This document shows, in pieces, positions 29,776 through 41,400 of a stretch of DNA of 64,000 nucleotides (positions within the stretch are counted from its first letter, which is position 1; the number at the start of each line of letters is the position of its first letter). Made by a program: the position numbers and the translations under genes. The notes under the pieces were generated by a model. It was given only the letters and a program-made list of their open reading frames with translations, was not told where the DNA came from and did not search any database. The stretch is from a virus, in the IMG/VR virus record IMGVR_UViG_3300001533_000699; one strand, given 5' to 3'.

Positions 29776-30153
29776 ATGAAAGTACAGATTAGAATATCAC
29801 CCAAGGTATTTATTGAAGGACAGGGAGACACACACACATCCGTTTTTGAAGAACTAGCTGCTTTGCAGGAAGTGTTCGGTGAATTTCACAAATGCAGGAA
29901 ATGTGGTTGTGAAGAACTAAGACTGATAGTTAGAACTGATAAGGACGACAATAAGTATTATGAAATTCATTGTCAAAATCGTAGCTGTAGAGCAAAGCTT
30001 AGCTATGGTCAGCAAAAGAAGGGCGGTGGACTGTATCCTAGACGCAAAGAAACGGACAAGCAAAGCGTTATGGGAGGGGTTTTAGAATCTGGTGCTTATC
30101 TGCCTGACGGTGGTTGGGTTAGATGGAATAAAGAAAAGAAAGCAACCGAATAA
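29776..30153 (+). CDS. zinc-binding hypothetical protein
   Basis: CRKC..CQNRSC; GGAG RBS. Confidence 0.65.
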   Translation: MKVQIRISPKVFIEGQGDTHTSVFEELAALQEVFGEFHKCRKCGCEELRLIVRTDKDDNKYYEIHCQNRSCRAKLSYGQQKKGGGLYPRRKETDKQSVMGGVLESGAYLPDGGWVRWNKEKKATE

Positions 30154-30159
30154 TATCTG

Positions 30160-31758
30160 TCAAACGTTGTACACAAATCGTTTTTTACCACAATCCCAAA
30201 TACGCGCATACCCATGCTGTAAACACCATTCTTTTTCAGTGATGTTACTAGGGCACCCAGTCTTAGACTTCATCATAGATTGCTTACTAATCCTTTGACG
30301 GGGTTGGCTAATCTTTACATAAGAATAGTCAGCCCCTATTTCTTTATCTAAAACAAATCCCATTTTGTGATACACAGTTCCAGATGACCATCTGTTATCA
30401 GACCACGTAGTAATTTTATGAATGCTGTTTTGCTTACACCATTGTATGGCATACTTCAATAGTTTGGACGCGCCACCAAGCACAGACACACCACGAACAA
30501 ACGCTAATCTATCCAATACTATATCTTCAGTCATCCTATGATGATTATTGAGAGACAGCACACCACATAATTCATCCTGGTAGTATAATCCAAAATATAC
30601 AAGAGCAGCTCTACGACATCCTTGTATATGGAATTGCTGTATAAAATTTTTACCAATACTTGAATCAATTATATCTACGTAGCACTTTCTACCATAAACA
30701 GACTTATTTTTGTGTAGGACTGCGTCTAAGTAACCTTGTACCTGCGGCTGACGTAATAACCACTCGTCTGAAAAAATAGTTATCAAGCGGATATCTTGTT
30801 CTAGACATTGTTTATATTTATCATAATGATAGTTTCTTAATCTTGGTTCTAGCGAAAGTTCATGATGCCAATGTAGTCCGCAGTATTCAATACCTAATCG
30901 TAAATCGTCATCATAGAAGTCTATTTCTTTACCATTTAGGATGGTTCGATTAGGTTGAAAAGAGTCTCCTAAAAATACGCCTAGACTATCCTGTTCAACA
31001 AAAGAAGACATATGATATGATTCAGCACCATACCTTTCCATACACGTTTGAATAGCTTTGTTTTTAATAGCTTGGTCTTGTAGTGTACATGAAACACCAT
31101 ATTTCTTTAAGCACGTTTCACGTATTCTGTTTTGTACTTTAGGTGATTTTGCAGCATATTCAAAACCATATCGTTGCAAATTTGTGTCCCTAATCTTTTG
31201 TTTAACTTCTTCTGATTGAGATGGGTGACTAGTGCCATATTTATTAATAGACGTAGCCTTTACTCTGGCTTTATGTTCGTCGGATTGTGTGTAAGACTCT
31301 ACTCCATACTTTTTCAAACAAGTCGCTCTACGTTTAGCAATGTTTTGGTTTATCTTAGGGCGTTGACCCCAATAACAGTTAGCAGGAGAACAGGGGGCGG
31401 TATTATCTCGTCTACGTAACACCAAGCCCTTACTCCATCCGTTTTGAATAGACCAATCATAAAAAGCTTGATAATCACTAGACCATTCTTTGGAAGCTAT
31501 CCTACGAGTCTTCATGGATTTCCAACTATTATAGACTGGGTGTTTAATTGGCGCAGTATACTTATCATTATACCTATGCATTCTTTGACTAGCGGCTTTG
31601 CGATTATAACACCCACAACTTTTAGTTCTGCCAGAAGTTACACTAGTTGTTCTTATGCTTTTGACAGTACCACAATCACATTTGCATGACACCTTACCAT
31701 TACATGGTAATTCTAATACAGTTAGGTAGTTAAACTTTTGTCCGATATGAATTTTCAT
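30160..31758 (-). CDS. Hef-like free-standing homing endonuclease
   Basis: CKCDCG..SCGC N-terminus, T-C-x-x-K-Y-G repeats, EIDFY..IEYCGLHWH nuclease motif, IWDCGK tail; ATG 31758 after GAGGAGG. Confidence 0.75.
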   Translation of the reverse strand: MKIHIGQKFNYLTVLELPCNGKVSCKCDCGTVKSIRTTSVTSGRTKSCGCYNRKAASQRMHRYNDKYTAPIKHPVYNSWKSMKTRRIASKEWSSDYQAFYDWSIQNGWSKGLVLRRRDNTAPCSPANCYWGQRPKINQNIAKRRATCLKKYGVESYTQSDEHKARVKATSINKYGTSHPSQSEEVKQKIRDTNLQRYGFEYAAKSPKVQNRIRETCLKKYGVSCTLQDQAIKNKAIQTCMERYGAESYHMSSFVEQDSLGVFLGDSFQPNRTILNGKEIDFYDDDLRLGIEYCGLHWHHELSLEPRLRNYHYDKYKQCLEQDIRLITIFSDEWLLRQPQVQGYLDAVLHKNKSVYGRKCYVDIIDSSIGKNFIQQFHIQGCRRAALVYFGLYYQDELCGVLSLNNHHRMTEDIVLDRLAFVRGVSVLGGASKLLKYAIQWCKQNSIHKITTWSDNRWSSGTVYHKMGFVLDKEIGADYSYVKISQPRQRISKQSMMKSKTGCPSNITEKEWCLQHGYARIWDCGKKRFVYNV

Positions 31759-31810
31759 AAAAAAAACCTCCTCATGTGATATATTATACACCACATGGGA
31801 GGTTTGTCAA
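31759..31810 (-). terminator. hairpin + U8 terminator overlapping a sigma70 promoter and the RBS of the endonuclease gene
   Basis: minus strand TTGACAAACCTCCCATGTG-GTGTATAATATAT-CACATGAGGAGGTTTTTTTT-ATG. Confidence 0.75.
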
Positions 31811-31836
31811 TGTCTTCATCTGACTTAACTTATAAA

Positions 31837-32475
31837 TCAAAGATATTCAAGAGCAAAATACAAGCCAAACTGAGTTTTGGAACCTATGGAGTCGGGTCGA
31901 GCAGACAAACACACATACCAATCGTGTCTGTCGTCTTGTCTAGTAGAGCTGCCACCGTTCCCTGCATACAATCCAGATTCTCCTGGTGACTGTGCTAAAC
32001 TCAAGGTAACGCCAGACCCTGCTGGAGTTGTCCAAGAAGTTTCACCGGAGCCTAAAAGCCCAGATTGTACAGCGGATGGATGCAAGGTTTCGTATGCCTT
32101 GGTAGTAACGCCAGACGCACCAACATCAGTGCTAACGCGGTCGTAAATACGCATTTCTACGTTTTGAACTTGCACAGCAGAACTGTGAGTAAAACGAGGA
32201 TTTAAAGTGGCATTACCATTAGGAATATCTCGTAGGTATAGGTTGGTTGCACCAGAGAGTTCACCACTATTAGCGTGTGTCCATTTCACATTATTAGATT
32301 GTGGGCCTTGTACGGCACCAGCACCGTCAGTAATATAAGTGTTCTCTTGGTAGGCACCAACCGCAACAGATGCACCAAATCCACCAGAGCCAAAAAAACC
32401 AAGCCCTGAACCTGCCATGTCAACACTAAAAGCACCGCCTAAACCATTGGCGGCATAAAATTTGATTTCTGCCAT
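31837..32475 (-). CDS. putative virion structural protein
   Basis: Gly/Ser-rich, beta-rich; last gene of the structural arm; AGGAG RBS. Confidence 0.55.
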   Translation of the reverse strand: MAEIKFYAANGLGGAFSVDMAGSGLGFFGSGGFGASVAVGAYQENTYITDGAGAVQGPQSNNVKWTHANSGELSGATNLYLRDIPNGNATLNPRFTHSSAVQVQNVEMRIYDRVSTDVGASGVTTKAYETLHPSAVQSGLLGSGETSWTTPAGSGVTLSLAQSPGESGLYAGNGGSSTRQDDRHDWYVCLSARPDSIGSKTQFGLYFALEYL

Positions 32476-32519
32476 GTTTTTAAATCTCCTGTAATAGGGT
32501 CATTGGTATATACACCAAT

Positions 32520-32822
32520 TCATTGTTTTGGCCATAGGTTCATTGGACAGTCTTCAGACGCCCACCACGCTTTCTTATCTAGAAAACACCCACAGTCTTC
32601 ATGTGTACATCTATTCTTCACTCTCATACCACACTTATTGGTATTACATATACGTAAGCGTTCTACATATTCATCTATTTCAACTTTCTTTAAACCGTCA
32701 GCTACATGCTTTACTAATGCTTTGGTAAGGTTTTTTACTAGCGATGTTTTTGAAGGAAGAGGTCGTGAATTACTAATAATCTCATCCCTCTCTTGTGGTG
32801 AAATATCTCCCCTTGGTTTCAT
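32520..32822 (-). CDS. small Cys-rich protein
   Basis: R..IC..C..C..CGCFL..K....CP..W. Confidence 0.7.
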   Translation of the reverse strand: MKPRGDISPQERDEIISNSRPLPSKTSLVKNLTKALVKHVADGLKKVEIDEYVERLRICNTNKCGMRVKNRCTHEDCGCFLDKKAWWASEDCPMNLWPKQ

Positions 32823-32834
32823 AGTATGCTCCTT

Positions 32835-35800
32835 TTATGGCGATGCAATATGGTCTGCCGCATCATCTGCTATAAAGTTAAAAATTCCTAATTCATAATC
32901 TCTGAGAAATGGTTTCCAATCTAAGTAACCATCAGGACAATATGAGGTGAGGTCGCCTGGGTTTACACTCTGCCATGCTCTGTCACCAGCATCTTCTTCG
33001 CCACCCAATTTACTAATTGTGGCACCATTACACGTAACGCAACAATCGCTCAAAGATATAGATTCGCATTGTGCAGATGCACTAACTGCGCCTGGGTTGT
33101 GTTCCACGCAATTGGTCTCAGTATTAAGCAATGTAGTGTCAGTATCAAAACCAAACCAACTAACATCTTCACCATACGCTAAACTATATTGATTACGTTC
33201 AGCTACAGGACAATCATAAGTTGGTTCATCGCATGTAATATCTGCGCAATCAGTACTACATGGTGGTGTAGTATTTAACGCAGTTGATGCTGGACCCATC
33301 TCGCCTTGATGCCACAATGCTCTAGTACCAACGCATAATGCGTACCAATAATATTCCCAGAAATTTTTATTTAGTACAGCAACACGTAATGTACAATACC
33401 CAGGGATAAATTTAGTATCGATATCTAAATCAAAGCTCGCGTCAGAATTCACGCACGCTTCTTTACAAGGAATCTCTACTGTGTGCTTGTGTGTATTTGT
33501 ATCTGTAACAGCACTGATATTAACAGAATCAGTAAACGAAGCTGCAAACGGGTGTTGATGATTAAGGGTGATTTCACTGACAAAACTGTATGACGATATC
33601 TCAGCAGAAAATGGGTGGGTGTGTTCACACAACTCACCAGATACTATTACAGTACCACTATTATAATAAACAGTCATATCAATCAAACTAAGTATATCCG
33701 TAGAATTGATATTGACAGTTCCACCAGATAAAGTAACATCACATTCACAGTAGCAATTACTACCACTGCAATTTACAGTACCAGTCATATCAGTAACAGA
33801 TTTATCAACACCGATACCATCATCAATTCCAAGTAGATAACCAGTTATAGTAGGTGGTGTTCCAGTAGATTCTATTACGCAAGAAGTATTTACGTCAGTT
33901 TCGCCAATAATGACACGAGAAGGTAAGTCAATCTCTATCGTTACTGTGTCGGTAGTCGTATCTGTGACTCCGCTAATCTCACCACTAATCTCTACTGTAT
34001 CGGTGATAATGTGAGAGTGCGACACTTCATTTGTGTCTACTGTAAAACTCGGCACACAACTGACCGTGTCCATATTAAAACACCAATCCCATGCCACATC
34101 TACGTCGCCCTGAGACCACAATTCTATATCTTCTTCGTCGCACGAAACATCATAGCCCCAACAATAATACTCTAATAGCTCTACATGTGTTACGACACAA
34201 TCAGGGTGGAATTCGGCTTGTACGATAACCCCTTTTGCTTTCTTAATTTTTTGACATTTATGTTCACAATCATCAAGAGTCTTACTTGATTCGTCTTCGC
34301 CGCCATCCTCACACTCAAATCCACAAATCCATACTAGGGCTTTACGAGGGGCACAAATTGGTTGATTCATAGGGTTTTGTAAATCAATAGGCATTCCAGT
34401 AAGTGAGCCACATGGGTCCAACGAGCAGTCTCCAGCAGGACCGACAATAACAGCACCGTCAACTAAATCTTCATCACAACGCATATCTTGTAAAATGTTA
34501 ACTTCAACCAACGGCAATGGGTCGTGATTAATCATTTCGTATCTATTAAGCGTAGTATCATAATGCGCCATAATACGCCAACCCTTAGGGACAGCATACA
34601 TAGCCTCACTAAATACAGTAACTTCATACCCACTCTTACGACAAGCAACAACCTCATCAATAGGTGTACCGTCTTTATCATACTGGCGTTGGTCGTCATA
34701 GATTATGGCTTTAGCACATTTTTGTGGACATAAGTCAGCGGCCAACTCCATCTTCACAATCTTCATAGGAGAAGGAGCAACCCACACATGTCGCTTATAA
34801 TCCCAGCGCAAGTCTACTGGACCACACACCCACTTCTGAGGTTTTCTTAGCCAATCCTGTTCAAACTCCATTTTAGGAGAATTAGGATATTCTGTAGAGG
34901 CATTAGGAACTGGCTTATTGTCAATATCAAATCCCCAACCCGCTAATACCAATGGTCCTTTCAACGCCATGGCGCGATACCAATGGTTTTCGCTATAACC
35001 ACCTACTCTTACGCTTAAATGAGTAGGATAAACACCGTCTCTAGCAATGTATGAAATGTCGTGACCAACTGATGATTTGCTAGTAAGTGGTGCGCCACCG
35101 CCACCCCAACCATCGCTGCCTTTAGTCAACGAGCCACCACTGTCTAAAAATGGAGATAGCGTTGTGATATTGATAGGAAGATGGTCTTCTAAACAGAACA
35201 ATGGAGGAACTTGGTCGTGTGAGAAAAACGAAACATTGCGCTTAGACTTTGATGAAGTACCGCCAGATGACATAAACCACTGTGAGCTTTCGTCACCAAA
35301 TTTTGGATGTAGTAAATCTCCGTTTTGAGACAAATCACGATTAATCTCATTACGCCAGTGAGGTAAAAAATATGCATCGTCCTTATCGGCTTTTTGAGTA
35401 TGTGGCAAAGTAGAGAAACCGCGAAACATACCGATAGTATCCATATACGCTCTACGTCTCCAAAAATGCGGATTATCAGCACGCATACCACGTAATTCTT
35501 TACGCCCCTCAGTAATACCCATAACGCTTTCACCGTGCGGCTCGTCTGCTTGGCTAGTTTCTTCATATCTTTGAGCCACGTGTGTCGTCAATGTTTCAGA
35601 AGGCTTCATATGATAGGTTTGGATTGTAGTTCCGGTATTATATTCAAGTCCTGGCCCATCAAAATCTATACCTGCTTGAGCAGACATAAAATCGTGTGAT
35701 GAACTACCAGATTCGCCCTTACTGGTAGTCCACGCCAATATCTCTTGGTCTAGCTTATTATCCCATTCATTACGTAACCGTTCAAGAGTATATTTGCGGA

Positions 35801-38411
35801 ACATGCGCTCTGCTTTAATAGCAACCTGTGCATTATGACGCATTTGGTCAATACGCTGCTTAGCCATCTGACCCATCTGTGGTGTATGGGTGCGCATTCT
35901 ATATGTAGTCAACACAGCACCATCACCACGACCAATTTGTACATCAATATTCGATACCGCTGGACCACCAGCATCAATAAGACTACCTAAGGAGCCAACA
36001 GGAGCACCTGGGAATGTAATATCGCCCATCTCCAAAACATACTTATCGCCCAGCATGGCACTCGCCGTATTATATGCGGCCCAATCCATAAGAGCCCAAC
36101 TGCCAAAGTTCCATGGTGCAAAACCTGCTTCTCTCTGATATTCTGTGCGACCGTTATCACTGCCGCTAAACAATGAGCCACCGCCAAAGAAGTTGAATCC
36201 AGTAAAGTCAGACTTCTTAGCAAACCAAGGGCCATATACTAAACGTGTACTCTGTAGTGGTATAGCAGCAGCAACAGGCATAAGAAATGGGTCTAACATA
36301 CCTAAGGCAAACTTATCATTAGTGACACTCTTCATCAATGTCATGAACGCCTTTTTGTCGTTATTATGCAAAGCACTGGTTATAGCAAAACCCAATAGCC
36401 ACTCTGGTTTGATATCGTGCTTATTATATTGTTGAATTGGACCACTCAAAGTAACTACAGCACGTGCGTCATTAGGACCAACCCACACAATTCCATCGTC
36501 ACACGACCCAGACACAAACACAGTATACATGTCACAAGCAAAATAATCTTTGCGACTAAGATTATCAAGCATCATAGGTCGTTCACTTACAAACTTCATA
36601 AAACAACGAATCTTGCCATCATCAGCACGAAACTGGTCTAATATCCAATGTTGATTAGGAATACCCAACACAGGCCACTCTGTCCAACCACTATCTGTAG
36701 TTTCCCAGTTGGTTTGAATTGTCCATGGTGTATCCGTATTATACCTCTTACATAAGAACGGAAGCCGTACCATAAACTTTCTACCATAAAATTCCTGAGC
36801 AAACTTACGTACGAAATCAAAGAGCTTTGCATTTTTACGTAGCTGTTCGTCGTCTGGCGCACCAAGATTCTCAACATTTTCCTTCCACATATTAACGAAA
36901 TCTTTGGCGTTTAATACCGCACCTTCCGCATTGCCTGCTTGTGCGTCAGCTAACTTCTGCTTGATTGTGTTAGCCATAGCCATGCCCAAAGCATGTGTTT
37001 TGTCTAAGAGTTTATCGTTCTGTTCATTCTCACCAGAAATTTTCGCATATTTCTCCTTTTCGTAAAACGCAAGCCATGCTTCCCAACTGTGTTGACTCAC
37101 TAAAGCAGCGTGAAGTTCATGTAATGTTACTTCCCATTCTTCAACACCTACCCCAAGATGGTCTGTTTTAATCACAAAAGTGTGACCTTCATTTAATTCG
37201 TCTGGAGCAGACGGCAAATCTAAGCTAGAACATCCCTTACCTAATATCACTGTTCCATCTGGATTTTTTCCCCAATATGGCCATATTGTCGCCATGCCTT
37301 CACATGCATCTTCGCCTTCTTCGTCTTCATACTGAGTCTGCCAAATTTCTTGACGAAACTCACCTGTTAGAAACGCGTTTGTTACATCAGAACGTAGTTC
37401 AAGACCTCGACCATATCGAGTAATACACGTAGATGCTCCAATAGCATGACTAATAGTTCCTAAACTTAATCGCGCATCAATTTGCGAACTACAAGCACTA
37501 TCTACAAGCTGAGCAGATTGGTCAAAGGCTTGCCACGAACCAGAGCTAGTGCGTACTTTGATGATGCTTAGTGTACTACCACCACACGTAGCACCAGTTG
37601 TGTATAAATCATAGAAGTAGTCTACTCCACCCAAAGCACAAACTCTAGCTATTAAAGCTTCTAAAGACATGTTCTCACCACCAATACGAATCTCCGCATT
37701 AATGGGCGGCAAGTCAGATATATCTACAATATACTCATGCCCACGAAACTTTAGTCTTCCACCATATGCGCCTCCACCAGTACCTAATAATGTACTAAGG
37801 GCTCGTTTGATAAGTTGCCATTGAATACCGACTTCATTATTGAAAGCACCGCCAAAACCTGGGGCTGGAGGATACGTCAAATTAGAACTAAATCTTGGTG
37901 TCTCAACGGTTGCAGAACGCACTTCTTTGCACGGTGTATCATCATCGTCTGTAGAATCATTGTCTTCGTCTTCTATAACGCTACCTGTAAAACCAACTTC
38001 TCCACATAAACTACCATAGTTTGCCTCTAACCAACCATATACATTAACTAGATTAGGTACACCAAAAGTTGGGCCGTTATAGCTACTGAGAATTATCTGA
38101 CAGCCATCTATAATATCACGAGGACTCATAACATTAACTGTATAGTGTTTAGGCCCATCCGATGCGTCATTTTGTTTCCAGTTTTGCAGAATACCACCAT
38201 GAGTAAAGCCACCCATTCTAAAAAATACGGGCATACCAACTCCAGGTGGTTCAAACGAATCACCATTGCATGGGTCTTCAACTAACTCTACCTGCATACC
38301 GCCACCAGTTCCATTCCAGTCTACCTGGGCAGAAAATCTAGTAATACTAGCACCTAAGAATGTAGTCTGTATAAATGGTGTTCCACTACTTCCACAGCAT
38401 AATGCCATCAT
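32835..38411 (-). CDS. large tail-tip/hub protein with Cys-rich C-terminal third
   Basis: 1858 aa downstream of the tape measure; hub-like N-terminus, GPVDLRWD, Cys-dense C-terminus. Confidence 0.65.
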   Translation of the reverse strand: MMALCCGSSGTPFIQTTFLGASITRFSAQVDWNGTGGGMQVELVEDPCNGDSFEPPGVGMPVFFRMGGFTHGGILQNWKQNDASDGPKHYTVNVMSPRDIIDGCQIILSSYNGPTFGVPNLVNVYGWLEANYGSLCGEVGFTGSVIEDEDNDSTDDDDTPCKEVRSATVETPRFSSNLTYPPAPGFGGAFNNEVGIQWQLIKRALSTLLGTGGGAYGGRLKFRGHEYIVDISDLPPINAEIRIGGENMSLEALIARVCALGGVDYFYDLYTTGATCGGSTLSIIKVRTSSGSWQAFDQSAQLVDSACSSQIDARLSLGTISHAIGASTCITRYGRGLELRSDVTNAFLTGEFRQEIWQTQYEDEEGEDACEGMATIWPYWGKNPDGTVILGKGCSSLDLPSAPDELNEGHTFVIKTDHLGVGVEEWEVTLHELHAALVSQHSWEAWLAFYEKEKYAKISGENEQNDKLLDKTHALGMAMANTIKQKLADAQAGNAEGAVLNAKDFVNMWKENVENLGAPDDEQLRKNAKLFDFVRKFAQEFYGRKFMVRLPFLCKRYNTDTPWTIQTNWETTDSGWTEWPVLGIPNQHWILDQFRADDGKIRCFMKFVSERPMMLDNLSRKDYFACDMYTVFVSGSCDDGIVWVGPNDARAVVTLSGPIQQYNKHDIKPEWLLGFAITSALHNNDKKAFMTLMKSVTNDKFALGMLDPFLMPVAAAIPLQSTRLVYGPWFAKKSDFTGFNFFGGGSLFSGSDNGRTEYQREAGFAPWNFGSWALMDWAAYNTASAMLGDKYVLEMGDITFPGAPVGSLGSLIDAGGPAVSNIDVQIGRGDGAVLTTYRMRTHTPQMGQMAKQRIDQMRHNAQVAIKAERMFRKYTLERLRNEWDNKLDQEILAWTTSKGESGSSSHDFMSAQAGIDFDGPGLEYNTGTTIQTYHMKPSETLTTHVAQRYEETSQADEPHGESVMGITEGRKELRGMRADNPHFWRRRAYMDTIGMFRGFSTLPHTQKADKDDAYFLPHWRNEINRDLSQNGDLLHPKFGDESSQWFMSSGGTSSKSKRNVSFFSHDQVPPLFCLEDHLPINITTLSPFLDSGGSLTKGSDGWGGGGAPLTSKSSVGHDISYIARDGVYPTHLSVRVGGYSENHWYRAMALKGPLVLAGWGFDIDNKPVPNASTEYPNSPKMEFEQDWLRKPQKWVCGPVDLRWDYKRHVWVAPSPMKIVKMELAADLCPQKCAKAIIYDDQRQYDKDGTPIDEVVACRKSGYEVTVFSEAMYAVPKGWRIMAHYDTTLNRYEMINHDPLPLVEVNILQDMRCDEDLVDGAVIVGPAGDCSLDPCGSLTGMPIDLQNPMNQPICAPRKALVWICGFECEDGGEDESSKTLDDCEHKCQKIKKAKGVIVQAEFHPDCVVTHVELLEYYCWGYDVSCDEEDIELWSQGDVDVAWDWCFNMDTVSCVPSFTVDTNEVSHSHIITDTVEISGEISGVTDTTTDTVTIEIDLPSRVIIGETDVNTSCVIESTGTPPTITGYLLGIDDGIGVDKSVTDMTGTVNCSGSNCYCECDVTLSGGTVNINSTDILSLIDMTVYYNSGTVIVSGELCEHTHPFSAEISSYSFVSEITLNHQHPFAASFTDSVNISAVTDTNTHKHTVEIPCKEACVNSDASFDLDIDTKFIPGYCTLRVAVLNKNFWEYYWYALCVGTRALWHQGEMGPASTALNTTPPCSTDCADITCDEPTYDCPVAERNQYSLAYGEDVSWFGFDTDTTLLNTETNCVEHNPGAVSASAQCESISLSDCCVTCNGATISKLGGEEDAGDRAWQSVNPGDLTSYCPDGYLDWKPFLRDYELGIFNFIADDAADHIASP

Positions 38412-38417
38412 AATCTC

Positions 38418-41400
38418 CTAACAATATTCGCATACAAATGTTACATCTCTAGTATATCGTCCTGTCGAAGGATTCCAAGACTCGCGGTCGCTTTCCACAT
38501 AAGTATTCAGAGCGCTACCACTACAACTAACCCCACTAATTATATCCTCAACCTCAGTGGTAATGCCACTAGGTTTTGAAGTCAGCACACCACACTCTTT
38601 AGGAAAAGTTGCTTGTATACTAACTGAAAATTTCTCGGCTGTTTTTGTGCCCTTATCTTGAATTAATGGACCATTAGCTCGACCAAGAATTGGTACTATG
38701 GCAATGACATCAGCGCCATATTCACGACTAATAGTTATTGACTCATCAAATACACCGGACAAAATAGTATCACAACACTTATAAGTATAGGTATAAGTCA
38801 ATTGACCATTATACTTATTAGCTGTTACTTGTGTACCAGATAATCTAATAGTTTCACTACACAAACCAGATGCAGTACTAGATAAAGATGCTGCAATAGT
38901 AGACCACGCAGCTTCAGTAACTGCAATCTGACCAGCTCTACCAGTAGATGCATCACAATATGGAGTAATAGTTCCAGAAACAACTATTTCTGAACAGCAA
39001 CCTTGTTCATCATGGCGTACCGACACAGTTTGCTCATGCTTATAACCACTTGTACAATCCTTAAAGTCATATGTAAAATTAATAATACCATTTCGTTCAT
39101 TTTTTACCACACGAGAAGATACCATGCACCCATATGAAGAATAAGCACTGACTCCATGACTACCAAAAAGAGATTCAGCAGCAGCAAATGCTCCGCCAGT
39201 AGCAAAACACAAACCTTGTATTTGACCTTCTATATTGTATTGAGCCTCGCCACATTCTTCAGTGGTATAGGACTCTGTAATAGTTAAGTCAAGAGTCGCA
39301 TCACATTCCGTACTAAAGGTATATGTTTTAGTAATCGAACCACGAGTTAAATTTTCGCGTACTTGTGTAGAAGTTTGACACGAACCACTTGGCGCATAAT
39401 CTGAAGCGTCTAGACTACTCAAAGCACCTCTAGCATTAGCTATCATAGTGTTGCTATCACAACCAGTGCCAGTTACAGAAAACTCTACCGTAGTATTAGT
39501 AACATCACAATTGTCAGGACCAACCGATGTATCGACTGTAATTTCAACCAAACCAAGTCCAGTATCACCGTCCCAATCATATTGCCATGAAATATGTTTT
39601 TTATCTGCGTCACTAGTAACAGAACGCGAGGTCAATACAGCATCAAAACCATAGGTAGATGGAGCGGGCGCTGATGGCATAGCTCCATCACAAGTGCCCT
39701 GAATACTACCAGATACACTATATTTAGTTTTACTTGTGCCGTCAGAAGCTAGGTCTCCACAAGACCACGACTCTGTAATCGTTTCTTCTTGTACATCAGT
39801 ATCTTCACGAAAATCATACGTAAAAGAAATGGTCCCACTCTTCTCATTGCGTGATATACGTGAAGACGCTAAAGACCCATATGTTGCATAAGCGCCAACA
39901 CCATAATTAGCAAACTCAGCCTCAGCAGCAACCATCGCTCCACCACTAGCAAAGCAATTACCAACGATATTGCCTTCAACAGTAGTAGATTCACGCTCAT
40001 CACAATATTGATTATCTATAGCGGTAGTAATAGTGATATCAACAGAAGCATCACATTCAGTGGTAAAACCATATGTTTCTTCAATAGTGCCTTGTGTGCG
40101 ATTTGTTGATATGTTGTGGTATGTTTGACAAGACCCTGGTTCAGCATACAAACTAGCACTTAGACTACCAATAGCTGATTGTGCATTTGCCAGCTTACTA
40201 ACACTATCACAACCATTACCTTCTACAGAAAATGACACCTTTGTTTCTATAACATCACAGTTTTCAGGTCCGCTAGACTTTTCAACTACGATATCAACCA
40301 AACCAAGACCGGTATCGTCATCCCACTCATACTGCCACGATACTGTACGATTCTCTTCATCTGTCGTAACCGACGTACTACGTAATGTAGCATCAAAACC
40401 ATAAGAGGCTGGAGTCGGTGCTTCAGGTATGTCTACATCAGAGCAATATGCTTGAATACTGCCATCAACTGAATACTTGTATTTGCTTTCACCGTCAGAC
40501 CCTAACTCACCACAAGTCCAACTAATGGTTGTTTTCTCTTCTCTTAAACCATCCTCAGTACCACGGTCACTGAATTCACAAGAGAATTCGATAATTCCAT
40601 CAGTAACGTTCTGTGTATATGAGCTAGATGTTTTGATTAATGTACCACTACCAGAATATGCAGAAGTGGCTTCATCGTCACAATTTATATTATTATATGC
40701 TAATTGTGCTTGTTCAAACTTAGTCAGGTCACAACCACATGCATGACCTTGAATATTACCATTGATTACGACAGTAGTATTGCAATCACCAATTAAACTA
40801 GTTTGTACATTAGTGGTCAAAGAAATATCAGCAGGAGAGGCAGCATCGCTAAACTCATATGAAAATTTCACCACACGAGACGCTTGCCCAAACGCCGTGT
40901 CTGCCCCTCTTAGTTCTGTAGTAGTAGTAATAGACCGCGATACAGGACAACTGCTTAAAGTAAGACATCCATGGCTTGCATATGCTGTGTTGGCAAGACT
41001 ATACGCTGAATTTGCTGCATCCCATGAGTTGAATGCTGTTAGAGCTGCGTTGGCGTTTGTTGGGTCGGTTTCAGTATCAGAAACACGGTTAAGAAAAGAA
41101 CGAAATTCTCCTTCGATAGATACTGTAGTATCACCGTCACGAACCTGATTTAGTGTAGTAGTCCATATCTTGAACACTGGGTCTTTGGCTAAAGTCCATG
41201 TCTCTGAAATAGAATATGTTCCACCGATTTCATCAATTGAACGTTCTACAGTATAATCATATGCCGTATAATCAACAAGATTAAGACCAGTACTACCAAA
41301 CACTATGTCATTATTTATGGTGCTTGGGACATTTCCGGTATAATCAGAACCAGCTAATCTAGTGTCAACCCATGTTTTAGCGACTTGCCATCCAGCATGT

